Positions 43,413 to 52,673 of a stretch of 64,000 nucleotides of DNA are shown one piece after another. Position numbers and translations under genes: made by a program. Below the pieces are notes generated by a model. The model did not search any database. It worked only from the letters and a program-made list of their open reading frames with translations, and was not told where the DNA came from. Position 1 is the stretch's first letter; the number at the start of each line of letters is the position of its first letter. This DNA is from Phycicoccus sp. (GTDB lineage Bacteria; Actinomycetota; Actinomycetes; Actinomycetales; Dermatophilaceae): positions 7,886 to 71,885 of the forward strand of contig JABBOX010000232.1 in the NCBI GenBank assembly GCA_012927555.1, read 5' to 3'.

Positions 43413-43512
43413 GTGAAACCTCCTGCGCTCGGTGGCTACCCATCAGTTCTTGAAGCGTATACGCTTCAAGAATGATCGTGATGTGGCGACACGCAGACAC
43501 CAGGTGGCGTTG

Positions 43513-43857
43513 ATGGCTGAGCCCGGCCGGCGCCAACGCCGAACCCAGGCCCGGCTCGCCCGTGAACTCGCCGTGATCGGGTTCGCGCTACCCGGAAGCC
43601 TCGTATGGCGCAGTACAGCCTGCGGGAAGACCGGCTGTCGCTGCCAAGGCGACCCGCCGGACCTGCACGGCCCCTACCTCACCTGGACCCGGGCTGCGGC
43701 CGGTAAGACCATCACCCGAAGAATCACCCCCGAGCAGCAGCAGCGCTACCAGGACTGGTTCGACAACGCCCGCCGGCTCCACCAGCTCGTCACCGAACTC
43801 CAGGCCCTGTCCCTACAAGCATTCGACGAAGCCGAGGACTCTCCCCGACGCCGCTGA
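43513..43857 (+). CDS. Small Cys-containing protein carried by the IS (DUF6788-like)
   Basis: GSLVWRSTACGKTGCRCQGDPPDLHGPYLTWTR pattern. It lies inside the IS boundaries. Start taken at an internal ATG. Confidence 0.5.
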   Translation: MAEPGRRQRRTQARLARELAVIGFALPGSLVWRSTACGKTGCRCQGDPPDLHGPYLTWTRAAAGKTITRRITPEQQQRYQDWFDNARRLHQLVTELQALSLQAFDEAEDSPRRR

Positions 43858-43924
43858 CCTACCTGCTGAGCGACGCCAGGCCACACCCAGCCAGCCCACC
43901 GACATCCATGTGCGGAATACCCGG

Positions 43925-45122
43925 CTAGCAGTGCGGCTCTTACAGCTGGGTAGATGCCGGCGGCGACCCCGATCGGGACGGTCGCGAGCACACCGCCGAA
44001 GGTCACCCACGGTGGGACGACTACTGGCCAGTTCTGGTAGCCCGAGTAGGCGGCTGTCACTGCCGCGCCCAGGAGCGCTCCCGCCGTACCGCCCAACAGC
44101 GAAAGCAGGAGCGACTCCGTCAGGAACTGGACTCGGATCTGGCCCCGGGTGGCGCCCAGGGCTCGGCGAAGGCCGATCTCGGAGCGCCGCTCCAGGACGG
44201 AGATGACCATGGTGTTCGCCACCCCGACGCCACCCACGACGAGAGCGACCAGACCCAGACCCAGCAGCATCCCGCTAAGGGCAGCCTGGGTCTCCCGTTG
44301 TGCGGTAAGCGCATCTGAGGGTCTGGAAATCTTCACCTCATACGGGCTCTGCGGGTTCGCGGTGGCGCCCAGAACGGATCGAACGTCCTCCACTCGCGCG
44401 GGGACCGACCTGGAGTACACCGTCGTCGGGTGTCCGTCGAAGCCCAGATATGTCTTCGCCGCGGGCCATCCGACCAACGCTGCCGAGTCGAGCTCAGGTG
44501 CCAGCGCAACCGCGTCCAAGGTGCCGACGACGCTAAACCACTGACCTCCCAACCACACCCGGCCGCCGGGCCTGTCGACGCCCAGACGCTCCGCGGCGCT
44601 TGCGCCCAGAACCACCCCGGGGTACGTAGCGGTGGCCTGGTTGAGCCACTTTCCGGTGCTCATGTGCCCGCCGACCGTCGGCAGCAGGTCAAGCTGTGCG
44701 GCCAGCACGGCGAGGCTGCTGGTTCGCGCCGAAGGGATGTGGGCGTTGCGGTAGACGTTCGCGTTCACCTTGCCGGTCGCAGTGGCTGACTGGACCGGGG
44801 CGATCCTGCGGACCATGGGGACTGCCTCAACGGGGAGCTTCGCCCGCTCGCCAAACAGGGTGCTTCCGGGGCTAACGGTGAGCAGGTTCGTGCCAAGGCG
44901 GTCGAGTCGGGCGTCGATGTCGGCCCTGCTCGATGCGGAGATTCCCACGACCGCGACCATGGCGCCGATACCGATCGCGATCCCTAACGCGGCCAGTGCC
45001 ACCCGCAGCGGGCGGGCACGCAGACCGGACACCCCCACCCGCCATACGTCCACCAGTCTCAACCGGGATGGGCGACTGTTGCATCGGCGTGCGCCGTTCC
45101 AGCGGTCGACGACAGCTGTCAT
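43925..45122 (-). CDS. MacB/FtsX-type ABC transporter permease, 3' end interrupted by IS1634
   Basis: N-terminal TM helix LAALGIAIGIGAMVAV, a large extracytoplasmic loop, and a C-terminal FtsX region ending GIYPAVRAALLA at the IS boundary. The tail of the track ORF (43746-43924) is IS-derived. Confidence 0.8.
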
Positions 45123-45856
45123 GGCGCGCTCAATTGTGAGGCGCCTGCAACGATCCGACCGTCACGCATGGCCACTTGTCTGGGCAAGCTTGCCGCAATC
45201 TGGGGGTCGTGCGTGATCACCAGCACCGTTGTCCCGGCTCGGTTCAGCTCGCGAAGGATCGCCATGACTGCGGCCCCGGACTTGCTGTCCAGGTTCCCTG
45301 TCGGCTCGTCTGCGAGAATCAGTTTGGGCCCCCCCACGATGGCGCGGGCGATCGCGACGCGTTGTCGCTCACCGCCGGACAGCTCGTGCGGTCGATGGTG
45401 GATGCGGCGGCCGAGTCCGACCCCTTCCAGCGCGGACGCCGCGCGAGCCCGGCGTTCAGCCCGTGGCACGCCCGCGTACAGCAGGCCGTCGGCGACGTTG
45501 TCGATTGCCGACACCCCGGTCGCCAAATGGAACTGCTGAAAGACGAACCCGATTGTGGTTGACCGCAGCGCCGACAGTGCCCGGTCGGACAGGCCGGAGA
45601 CGTCCACACCGTCGATTTCCACGCGGCCTGTGGTTGGCCGGTCTAGGGTCCCGACGATGTTCAGCATCGTCGACTTACCCGATCCCGAGGCGCCGACGAT
45701 CCCCAGCATCTCCCCGGGCTCGACGGTCAAGGTGACGTCGCTCAGGGCGCGGACCATGCCCGGGTACTCCTTGGACACCCCGGACAGGTGAACTACACGG
45801 GTCCGTTCTGCCGCGCTCGCGCGCCTCCCGCGGTCAGGGCGAACGTCGGTTGTCAC
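45119..45856 (-). CDS. ABC transporter ATP-binding protein (MacB-type)
   Basis: Walker A GASGSGKST, signature LSGGERQRVAIARA and Walker B ILADEPTGNLD. Confidence 0.92.
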   Translation of the reverse strand: MTTDVRPDRGRRASAAERTRVVHLSGVSKEYPGMVRALSDVTLTVEPGEMLGIVGASGSGKSTMLNIVGTLDRPTTGRVEIDGVDVSGLSDRALSALRSTTIGFVFQQFHLATGVSAIDNVADGLLYAGVPRAERRARAASALEGVGLGRRIHHRPHELSGGERQRVAIARAIVGGPKLILADEPTGNLDSKSGAAVMAILRELNRAGTTVLVITHDPQIAASLPRQVAMRDGRIVAGASQLSAP

Positions 45857-46932
45857 GACGCCACCCGAACGACCAGTCCGGGGCGCAGCCCGGTCCCGGT
45901 GACTTCGACGCGCCCCTCGGAGAACAGGCCCGTCTTTACGGCGACGAGCTGGCTGTGGCCGTGGTCGACCAGTTCCACCCCGTATCCGCCCTCCGCGAGC
46001 GCGAGGAGTGCCGCCACAGGGACGGTCAGCACCCCCTTGCGCTCCCGCGTGGTGTGTCGCACCTGCACGGGGGCTTGACCTGAGGCGCCCAGGGCGCGCG
46101 CGTCGCTCAAGGCCACCGTGACCGTGATGGTTGGTGGGACGCCTGAGGTGAACGATTCCGCCCCAGAGGAAACCTGAGGCCCGGGTACCGGGGCCCCGAC
46201 CGTCAAGACTGACCCGGGAGTGGTTTTCCCATCTGGGCCAACCACCAGCACCTTGGTCCCCGGAACGGCCCAGGTCGCGTTTTCAACAGGAACGTCTGCC
46301 GTGACCATCTGTGACCGGCCTGTCACGCCCAGGATCTGGGCGGGCGAGGTGGCGCCAACGCTCACCGCTTGCGACGACACCCGTAGGGGCCCGCTTGTGA
46401 ACACCACCCGACCTAGGTCGACAGCCCCGGTGCTGTCCAGCCCGACCTCCTTCTGCCAACGTTTGACCGCATCTGCTGTGTACCTTGTGTAGCTGCTGTC
46501 GACCGTGAATCCCGTGTACCCCAAGGTGTGAAGGTTCTCCTCGAACTGCCGCACATCGTTGCCCTTGACCCCAACGCTCAGGGCTCTGTACATGGGCAGG
46601 GCCCCTGACATGAGGATGATCGGTTTGTCGTCGACCTTGGCGAGCACCCCACCCTGGGTGACAGTGGCGCCTGGCGCCGCCAGCCAGGTGATCGTGCCGG
46701 GAACCTTCGAGTCGACCTGCCATGGGGTCCCGTAGTTCAGCGAACCCGTCACCGTCTCGGCCTCCACCAGCGTTTCCTGGGTGACGGTCGCGGTGACCAG
46801 TCGCGGACCGCTGGGGACGGCCGTTCTTGTCTCGTGCCGCGAGGACACGATTGCAGTTGCGCCCACCAGGAGGGCTACCCCAACCGCCGAGACGACGCCG
46901 ACAGCGCCCCGGCGTGAAGTGAGAGGACTCAT
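45853..46932 (-). CDS. Periplasmic-adaptor-like protein with peptidoglycan-binding domain
   Basis: N-terminal TM helix. PG_binding_1-like segment VRQFEENLHTLGY...AVKRWQKEVGL and a beta-rich HlyD-like remainder. Overlaps the ABC ATPase start. Confidence 0.65.
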   Translation of the reverse strand: MSPLTSRRGAVGVVSAVGVALLVGATAIVSSRHETRTAVPSGPRLVTATVTQETLVEAETVTGSLNYGTPWQVDSKVPGTITWLAAPGATVTQGGVLAKVDDKPIILMSGALPMYRALSVGVKGNDVRQFEENLHTLGYTGFTVDSSYTRYTADAVKRWQKEVGLDSTGAVDLGRVVFTSGPLRVSSQAVSVGATSPAQILGVTGRSQMVTADVPVENATWAVPGTKVLVVGPDGKTTPGSVLTVGAPVPGPQVSSGAESFTSGVPPTITVTVALSDARALGASGQAPVQVRHTTRERKGVLTVPVAALLALAEGGYGVELVDHGHSQLVAVKTGLFSEGRVEVTGTGLRPGLVVRVAS

Positions 46933-47471
46933 CCGCCCACCACCCCCTTGCCGGGTGTTATGGGTGCAATGTTCTGGCAGGCCTGCATCGCGGACGTCAG
47001 ATGCGGATCAGCCTTGAGGCGTCGCGCAAGATCATCGCTCATCTTCGGGTCGCCAGTGTCCGGGTCCGGGTCCGGGTAGTCAGAAACCCCATGACTGCGG
47101 ATGCACATGGAGTACTGGCGTCTCTTCTCGATGTCCTGAGCTGCCGGTCGTGGTGACTCTTGGGCGCTTGAGAGGAACCCCTTGCATGCGGCCATGGCGC
47201 CCCCGACCCTGTCCAGTGGCGTCCTACCCTTATCGACTTGTGGGATGCCCTCGCTGGTGAGCTCATCCACCATGACGACGCCGTGACCGCGCATGCAATC
47301 GATGTACTGCTGGGCCTGGCGTGCCCGGTCCGGGCTGGATGACGAAGCGGTGGCGCCGGGTCGGGAGGCGGTCGCCACGCCGGGTGCGTCTTGGTGGGCG
47401 CAGCCGGTCAGGAAAGTGACGGCTGCCAACACAGCGGCCGGACCGAAGAATCGTGCGGAGGGTGTGCGCAT
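46929..47471 (-). CDS. Secreted lipoprotein, unknown function
   Basis: Signal peptide with lipobox LTGC. Paired Cys-containing repeats (CMRGHG / CIRSHG). Confidence 0.6.
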   Translation of the reverse strand: MRTPSARFFGPAAVLAAVTFLTGCAHQDAPGVATASRPGATASSSSPDRARQAQQYIDCMRGHGVVMVDELTSEGIPQVDKGRTPLDRVGGAMAACKGFLSSAQESPRPAAQDIEKRRQYSMCIRSHGVSDYPDPDPDTGDPKMSDDLARRLKADPHLTSAMQACQNIAPITPGKGVVGG

Positions 47472-47632
47472 CGGGAATACTCCTCTCAGGTATGGCACTA
47501 GGGAACCTGAGAGCCGATAAACCAGCCGTAAGCGTTCTCCCTTATCCGCCCCTTATGCAGCGTTTGGGAACATTGCCAGAAGTACTGTCAGTTGCGGTCG
47601 CAAGGGCCACACGTCCCGAAAAGGAGAGGCCG

Positions 47633-48289
47633 ATGCGCGTCCTCGTGGTCGAAGATGAAGTCCTGCTCGCCGACGCCGTCGCCACCGGCCTACGCCGCGA
47701 GGCCCTGGCGGTTGACGTCGTCCACGATGGGTTGACAGCGCTACAACAGATCGGCGTCAACGACTATGACGTCATCATCTTGGACCGCGACTTGCCTGGG
47801 ATGCACGGGGACGACGTATGCCGTGCTGTCACCAGTTCCACCACGCCGGCCATGGTGTTGATGCTCACCGCCGCAGCTGAGCTCGCCGACAGGGTGGCTG
47901 GTCTGTCCCTGGGAGCCGACGACTACCTGGCCAAGCCGTTCGCCTTCACCGAACTCGTTGCCCGGGTCCGAGCGTTGGGCCGTCGTGCCCGACCAAACGC
48001 GTCTCCAGTGATCGAGCGTGCGGGCCTCACCGTCAATCCTTCGCGCAGAGAAGTCTTCCGCGACGGCGCATACATCCCGTTGTCGCTGAAGGAGTTCGCC
48101 GTCCTTGAGGAACTGCTCCGAGCAGACGGCGCCATCGTCAGCGCCGAACAGCTACTCGAACGGGCGTGGGACGAGAACATCGACCCGTTCACAAACGTCG
48201 TCCGAGTCGCCATGCACAGCCTTCGACGCAAACTCGGCGATCCGCCGCTCATCCGCACCGTGCGCGGTGCGGGGTACCAGATCCCATGA
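47633..48289 (+). CDS. OmpR-family response regulator
   Basis: MRVLVVEDE...DVIILDRDLPG receiver domain and a winged-helix C-terminus ending RGAGYQI. RBS AAGGAGAGG upstream of the ATG at 47633. Confidence 0.92.
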   Translation: MRVLVVEDEVLLADAVATGLRREALAVDVVHDGLTALQQIGVNDYDVIILDRDLPGMHGDDVCRAVTSSTTPAMVLMLTAAAELADRVAGLSLGADDYLAKPFAFTELVARVRALGRRARPNASPVIERAGLTVNPSRREVFRDGAYIPLSLKEFAVLEELLRADGAIVSAEQLLERAWDENIDPFTNVVRVAMHSLRRKLGDPPLIRTVRGAGYQIP

Positions 48290-49479
48290 GACCCCGCCGG
48301 TGGACCGTCCGAATACGGCTAACCATGCTGTACGGCGGGTTGGTATTGGTCGCCGGCGCGGCTGTGCTCGCTGGCGTGCTGATCATGCTCGATCGGGTCA
48401 TCGCCACCCAGCCCATCGTCCTCGACTCGGCCTACGTCGAGCGACTCACCGCCGCTTCGACGTTCCCCGGAGCCAACCAAGACACCGACCAACGCCGCGC
48501 AAAGGAGGAAGTCCTTAAGGCCACCGAGGACCTCCGCGCCGACCTGCGAAACCGAACGCTGACCCCACTGATCGGCCCGAGCCTGGTCGGACTGTCCATC
48601 CTCGGTGTCGCCAGCTTGGCGACCGGCTGGTTCGTCGCAGGCCGTGCGCTGCGCCCGATCCAGCAGATAACGGCAACCGCGCAAGCCGTGGCAACGGGCC
48701 GACTGGACTCGCGCATCGCGCTGACCGGGCCAAGGGACGAACTGCGCAAGCTCGCGGACACCTTCGACGCCATGCTGGACCGACTCCACGAGGCATCGGC
48801 CAGTCAGCGAGCGTTCATCGGGAACGCCTCGCACGAACTCAAGACCCCCGTGGCGATCAACCGCACCCTGGTTGACGTGGCCTTGACCGACCCCGACGCC
48901 TCCCCCGACCTGATACGGCTGGGCCACTCCCTGCAAGAAGTGAACATGCGTCAGCAGCGACTCATCGATGGCCTGCTAGCCCTAGCCCAAGCCGGCAACA
49001 TGCTCACCAAACACCAGGAGGCGAGCCTTGATGACATCGCCCGCACCACCATCGACCGGTACCAGGGCGAGGCAGAACAACGAAGAATTCTCGTCAAGTC
49101 AAGCCTGCACCCTGCACCACTGACCGGAGACCCGGTCCTGTTGGAGCGCCTAGTCGAGAACCTCATCCAGAACGCAGTCGTACACAACACCAACAGCGGC
49201 GGCTGGATCACCGTCCGGACCTGCCAGGCTGGTGACGCCGTGCAACTCCTGGTGGCCAATAGTGGGCCCGTCGTTCCAACAGCCAGCATTGCCAACCTCT
49301 TCGAGCCCTTCCGTCGACCGACCGACCGGGTCGACTCGGCCGCAGGCTCGGGGCTTGGCCTGTCCATCGTGCGAACCGTGGCCGAGGCACACGGGGGAAC
49401 AGCAGAAGCCATGGCCCCACGAAGCGGTGGCCTCTCCGTCGAAGTCGTCTTGCCAGGATCCGAACGAACCACGGACTGA
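48286..49479 (+). CDS. Sensor histidine kinase
   Basis: ATGA overlap with the regulator. Two TM helices, a HAMP region, the H-box FIGNASHELKTP, and N and G boxes (HNT...GSGLGLSIV). Confidence 0.9.
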   Translation: MRPRRWTVRIRLTMLYGGLVLVAGAAVLAGVLIMLDRVIATQPIVLDSAYVERLTAASTFPGANQDTDQRRAKEEVLKATEDLRADLRNRTLTPLIGPSLVGLSILGVASLATGWFVAGRALRPIQQITATAQAVATGRLDSRIALTGPRDELRKLADTFDAMLDRLHEASASQRAFIGNASHELKTPVAINRTLVDVALTDPDASPDLIRLGHSLQEVNMRQQRLIDGLLALAQAGNMLTKHQEASLDDIARTTIDRYQGEAEQRRILVKSSLHPAPLTGDPVLLERLVENLIQNAVVHNTNSGGWITVRTCQAGDAVQLLVANSGPVVPTASIANLFEPFRRPTDRVDSAAGSGLGLSIVRTVAEAHGGTAEAMAPRSGGLSVEVVLPGSERTTD

Positions 49480-49944
49480 CTAGCGCTGCGGGAGGGCTCC
49501 TTTTGCGGGTGGCGCCGGACGCGGGCTTTGATGACTTCTACGAAGCCGTTGCTGTGTACACCTGGCTCGGCAAACACATCGAGATTGGGTCCGTCCCGCG
49601 CGTTTGTGCGAGATTGCCGAGATCCTGGAACGGTATTTGTCTATGGAGAAGCCGCAAGAACATCATGGATGATGATCGATCGAGGGGAGCCGCCGGAGCA
49701 GGTCCCACTTGTAGGCCCGGCCGCTGTCTCGGCCGCGGGCCATTGCCCCGCGCGGGCAGCTTGTTCGCCAGGTCGCCTTTGGAGCCGGTGTGGCCAGGCG
49801 TCGATATCGCGGCGCCACCGGGCTTCGGCATCTTTGGCCAGTTTGGCCCCGTCGCGGTCGCCACAGGCAACGATCACCTAGAGACAAGTCCACTTGAGCG
49901 CGCGGCTGGCCGGGTCACGACGGGGAAGTATGCTGCGAACATGA

Positions 49945-50055
49945 CGCGAGGGTGCCCACTGCATACTCCGCGGTGGTCATCCCCGCCTGTGCTCTTCCCA
50001 CCAGCTGCTCGCACCGGCCCATCAGTGTCTGCCAAAGACGTCGATAGATCTTCAT
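49945..50055 (-). pseudogene. 5' fragment of split DUF4244 (Flp-like pilin) gene
   Basis: RBS AAAGGAGA, then MKIYRRLWQTLMGRCEQLVGRAQAGMTTAEYAVGTLA up to the core. Beyond the core the ORF runs into island DNA (SCSQHTSPS-stop at 49915). Confidence 0.85.
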
Positions 50056-50116
50056 GGCGAAATCTCCTTTGTTGAGAGTGCCGAATCCGGCGTTGACTGC
50101 GATTACTGCGGTTGGG

Positions 50117-50749
50117 TCACTGGCTGACGAGGACTTGCTTGGCGAGGGCAAGAACGATCGGCACGACGGTGGTCAGGACGAACGCGGGCAGGAACGCCAG
50201 CCCCAGGGGCAGCACGATGCGGATACCCAAGGTCGCGGTGGCCACCTCGAGCCGTTGTTGCTCGGCGCGACGCATCTCTTCGGCGGCCCGGGCCAGGACG
50301 TCCGCTGGGGGCACGCCTGCGGTGGCTGCCATGCGTAGGGCTCGCGCCGCCGGTTGCCAGGCCGACGGCACGCTTGCCCACGCCGTCGCGTCATCGACAC
50401 CCCAACGACGCGCAGCGGCGACAGTCTGGAGATGCCGTCCCAACAGTCCGCCAACACGATCGGCCACGGCCTCCAACGCCTCCACGAGACCAACCCCTCC
50501 GCGCAAGGTCAGAGCGAGTAGGTCGATCACACCTGCCACCTCGGCAGCCTGCACCGAGGTCTGCAAGGAGGTCTGCAAGGAACTCGTGCCGGCGCTTCTT
50601 CCGGCGCCCGTCGCGCCGCCGTCGAACGGGTCGTCACCTGTCGGAACCGGACGCTGGACAACACGGCTGACGGGATAGGAACGGGGCCAGGCGAGCACAG
50701 CCGCCGCGGTCAGCATCATCACCAGGACGGTCATTCGATCAGCGGTCAT
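50117..50749 (-). CDS. Type II secretion system F-domain protein (TadC-like)
   Basis: Polytopic ORF with the T2SSF-like segment LTLRGGVGLVEALEAV. ATGA overlap with the upstream TadB-like gene. Confidence 0.75.
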   Translation of the reverse strand: MTADRMTVLVMMLTAAAVLAWPRSYPVSRVVQRPVPTGDDPFDGGATGAGRSAGTSSLQTSLQTSVQAAEVAGVIDLLALTLRGGVGLVEALEAVADRVGGLLGRHLQTVAAARRWGVDDATAWASVPSAWQPAARALRMAATAGVPPADVLARAAEEMRRAEQQRLEVATATLGIRIVLPLGLAFLPAFVLTTVVPIVLALAKQVLVSQ

Positions 50750-51495
50750 GCGATCACCGGTCCGCGGGCGACGGCACGAACCATGCAACGCACCCACCAG
50801 CGGCCGACGCCGGCCAGACAGAACCCCAGCAGGAGGCTGCCCTGTGTCAGCCGGGAGCCTCCAAAGAGCTCAGCCGGCCCGATCCCCAGAACCAGCGCCA
50901 ACAAGGGGCCGGCGATCGGCAGCACGGTGAGGAGGTTCACGGTCGCCTTGGCTCCTGCCACCGCGGCCGCCAAGCGTCGCTCATGGGCGATGCGCGCCTG
51001 GAGCAGCGCTGCAGTCGTGCGAACCGCCTGGGCAAGCGGAGCTCCAAGGTCCGCCGTCAGGGACCAGGCCTGCGCCAACAGCAGCAGCTCAGGGGATCCG
51101 GCCGTTTCGGCTGCCGCACGCCACAGGGGACCCAGCGTGGCTCCGTCGGCCGCGGCTGACGCCATGTCTTTCGCCAGGGCGGCCAGGGGGTCAGCGCGAC
51201 CGGAGCCGGACCGAGAGTCGGCCGCGATGCGCAGCGCCGACGCCGGCACCACCCCTGCCTCCAAGGCCGGCGAGATGGCGTCGAGCAGACTGAGCAGGTC
51301 TTGCGGGCTGACCTGCTCAGCATCGAGACCCCGTCTCCACCGCAGTCCTCGCTCCCACACCGACACGGTCCAGGAACTCGGGACCAACGCGGCGGTCGAA
51401 GTCAGCCGCGGCAAAATCGCCAATCGGCGCGCGCCGGAGTGGTCCGGCCAGAACAGGACCCCGACTGCTACGAGCAGGGCCACTACCAGGCTCAC
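50746..51495 (-). CDS. Type II secretion system F-domain protein (TadB-like)
   Basis: 249-aa membrane ORF. Position and topology match TadB in Tad-like loci. Confidence 0.7.
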   Translation of the reverse strand: MSLVVALLVAVGVLFWPDHSGARRLAILPRLTSTAALVPSSWTVSVWERGLRWRRGLDAEQVSPQDLLSLLDAISPALEAGVVPASALRIAADSRSGSGRADPLAALAKDMASAAADGATLGPLWRAAAETAGSPELLLLAQAWSLTADLGAPLAQAVRTTAALLQARIAHERRLAAAVAGAKATVNLLTVLPIAGPLLALVLGIGPAELFGGSRLTQGSLLLGFCLAGVGRWWVRCMVRAVARGPVIA

Positions 51496-52673
51496 GGGAA
51501 CACGCCTGGGTCAAGGTTCAACAGCAGGGCGAGGGCAGGCCAGCCAGGCCCGATCACCGTCTCCCCTGCTGCACCTCTCCCAAGAGCGGACTCCACCTGC
51601 GGTCGGCCCTCTGCCCCCCGGGCAAGGACGGCCACAGTGTCCACGACACGACGGCCAGAGCTGCGGCGCACATGCACGACCACCTGAACCGCGCTCAGCA
51701 GCTGGGCATGCACCGCCGCCGGGGCAAGATCGGCCAGCGCGCCCAGAGCCTCAAACCGGGCCACCACATCAGCAGCGGTGTTGGCGTGCACGGTGCCGCA
51801 CCCGCCCTCGTGCCCGGTATTGAGGGCGGCGAGCATCTCGCGGACCTCTGCGCCGCGGACTTCACCCACCACGAGTCGGTCGGGGCGCATACGCAGCGAC
51901 TGGCGCACCAGTGAGGTGAGCCCGATCTCACCTCGACCCTCGACGTTGGCCGGACGGGACTGCAGCCGGACGACGTGCGGGTGGTTGATGGCGAGCTCAC
52001 GGACGTCCTCGACAATGACGAGCCGCTCGCCGGCATCGACCTCGCCCAGAAGGGCGCCCAACAGGGTGGTTTTGCCACTGCCGGTGCCACCGCTGACCAC
52101 GAAGGAACTTCGTCGGCTCACGAGAGCCTCGAGCACGCGCAGCCATCCCGTGCTGAAGGTCCCCCATCGCGAGAGCTCGACGAGGCTTGGCGCCACTCGT
52201 CTCGGCACCCGCAAGCTGATGTGGGACCCCTCGACGGCGATGGGCGGAAGGATCGCGTGCAGCCGGACGCCGCCTGGAAGCAACCCGTCGACATAGGGGC
52301 TGGTGTCATCGAGGCGACGACCGGCGATACCGGCCAGACGTACCGCGAGTCGACGAACAGCCGGCTCGTCGCCAACCTCGCAGTCGGCGCGGCTGAGCCC
52401 GTCGCCCCGATCGACCCACACCCCCGACCCTGCATTGACCAGGACATCGGTGACCTGTGGATCGGCGAGCAACGGCTCGAGCGGACCAGCGCCGAGGACG
52501 AGAGCGGCCAGCTCGGTACGAGCTCTGAGGACACCTGCCTCCCCCAGAACGACGGCCTCACCATCGAGCACCTGCGCGACCAGGATTGGTGTGGGGGACC
52601 GACCCTGCCTGATCTGCGCCCACACCGTGGGGGACACACTCACGAGGCCCTCCGGCGCGACCCGGCGACGCAT
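51492..52673 (-). CDS. CpaF/TadA-family secretion ATPase (helicase/secretion-neighbourhood type)
   Basis: Walker A SGGTGSGKTTLL, Walker B LVIVEDVRE and His-box TGHEGGCGTVHAN. Confidence 0.9.
   Translation of the reverse strand: MRRRVAPEGLVSVSPTVWAQIRQGRSPTPILVAQVLDGEAVVLGEAGVLRARTELAALVLGAGPLEPLLADPQVTDVLVNAGSGVWVDRGDGLSRADCEVGDEPAVRRLAVRLAGIAGRRLDDTSPYVDGLLPGGVRLHAILPPIAVEGSHISLRVPRRVAPSLVELSRWGTFSTGWLRVLEALVSRRSSFVVSGGTGSGKTTLLGALLGEVDAGERLVIVEDVRELAINHPHVVRLQSRPANVEGRGEIGLTSLVRQSLRMRPDRLVVGEVRGAEVREMLAALNTGHEGGCGTVHANTAADVVARFEALGALADLAPAAVHAQLLSAVQVVVHVRRSSGRRVVDTVAVLARGAEGRPQVESALGRGAAGETVIGPGWPALALLLNLDPGVFP

Larger units (their letters stand above)
41730..43924. mobile_element. IS1634-family (IS4-like) insertion sequence, 2195 bp
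   Basis: Perfect 18-bp terminal inverted repeats CCGGGTATTCCGCACATG at 41730-41747 and 43907-43924 (reverse complement), flanked by CTAG on both sides. It carries a transposase and a small second ORF. Confidence 0.85.
11883..49950. mobile_element. ~38-kb integrative genomic island bounded by identical 6-bp cores (CGCGAG) inside the DUF4244 gene
   Basis: The same hexamer sits at 11883-11888 and 49945-49950 in the same codon phase of the two gene halves. A serine recombinase gene lies next to the left junction. The interior holds defence genes, a TA module and IS elements, with a visibly more AT-rich stretch around 36.4-41.7 kb. Confidence 0.85.

Noticed and set aside
43746-43924. C-terminal ~60 aa of the permease track ORF
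   Set aside because: It is encoded by the IS1634 right end, antisense to the small IS ORF. The native C-terminus is found beyond the IS at 41697-41729.
49480-49944. Overlapping ORFs at the right end of the island (for example 49503..50075 +, 49538..49870 -, 49641..49877 -)
   Set aside because: No frame has a convincing start, RBS or motif, and reading frames appear to switch. The region is probably decayed or non-coding attP-arm DNA. A small directionality-factor gene cannot be excluded, but none is supported.
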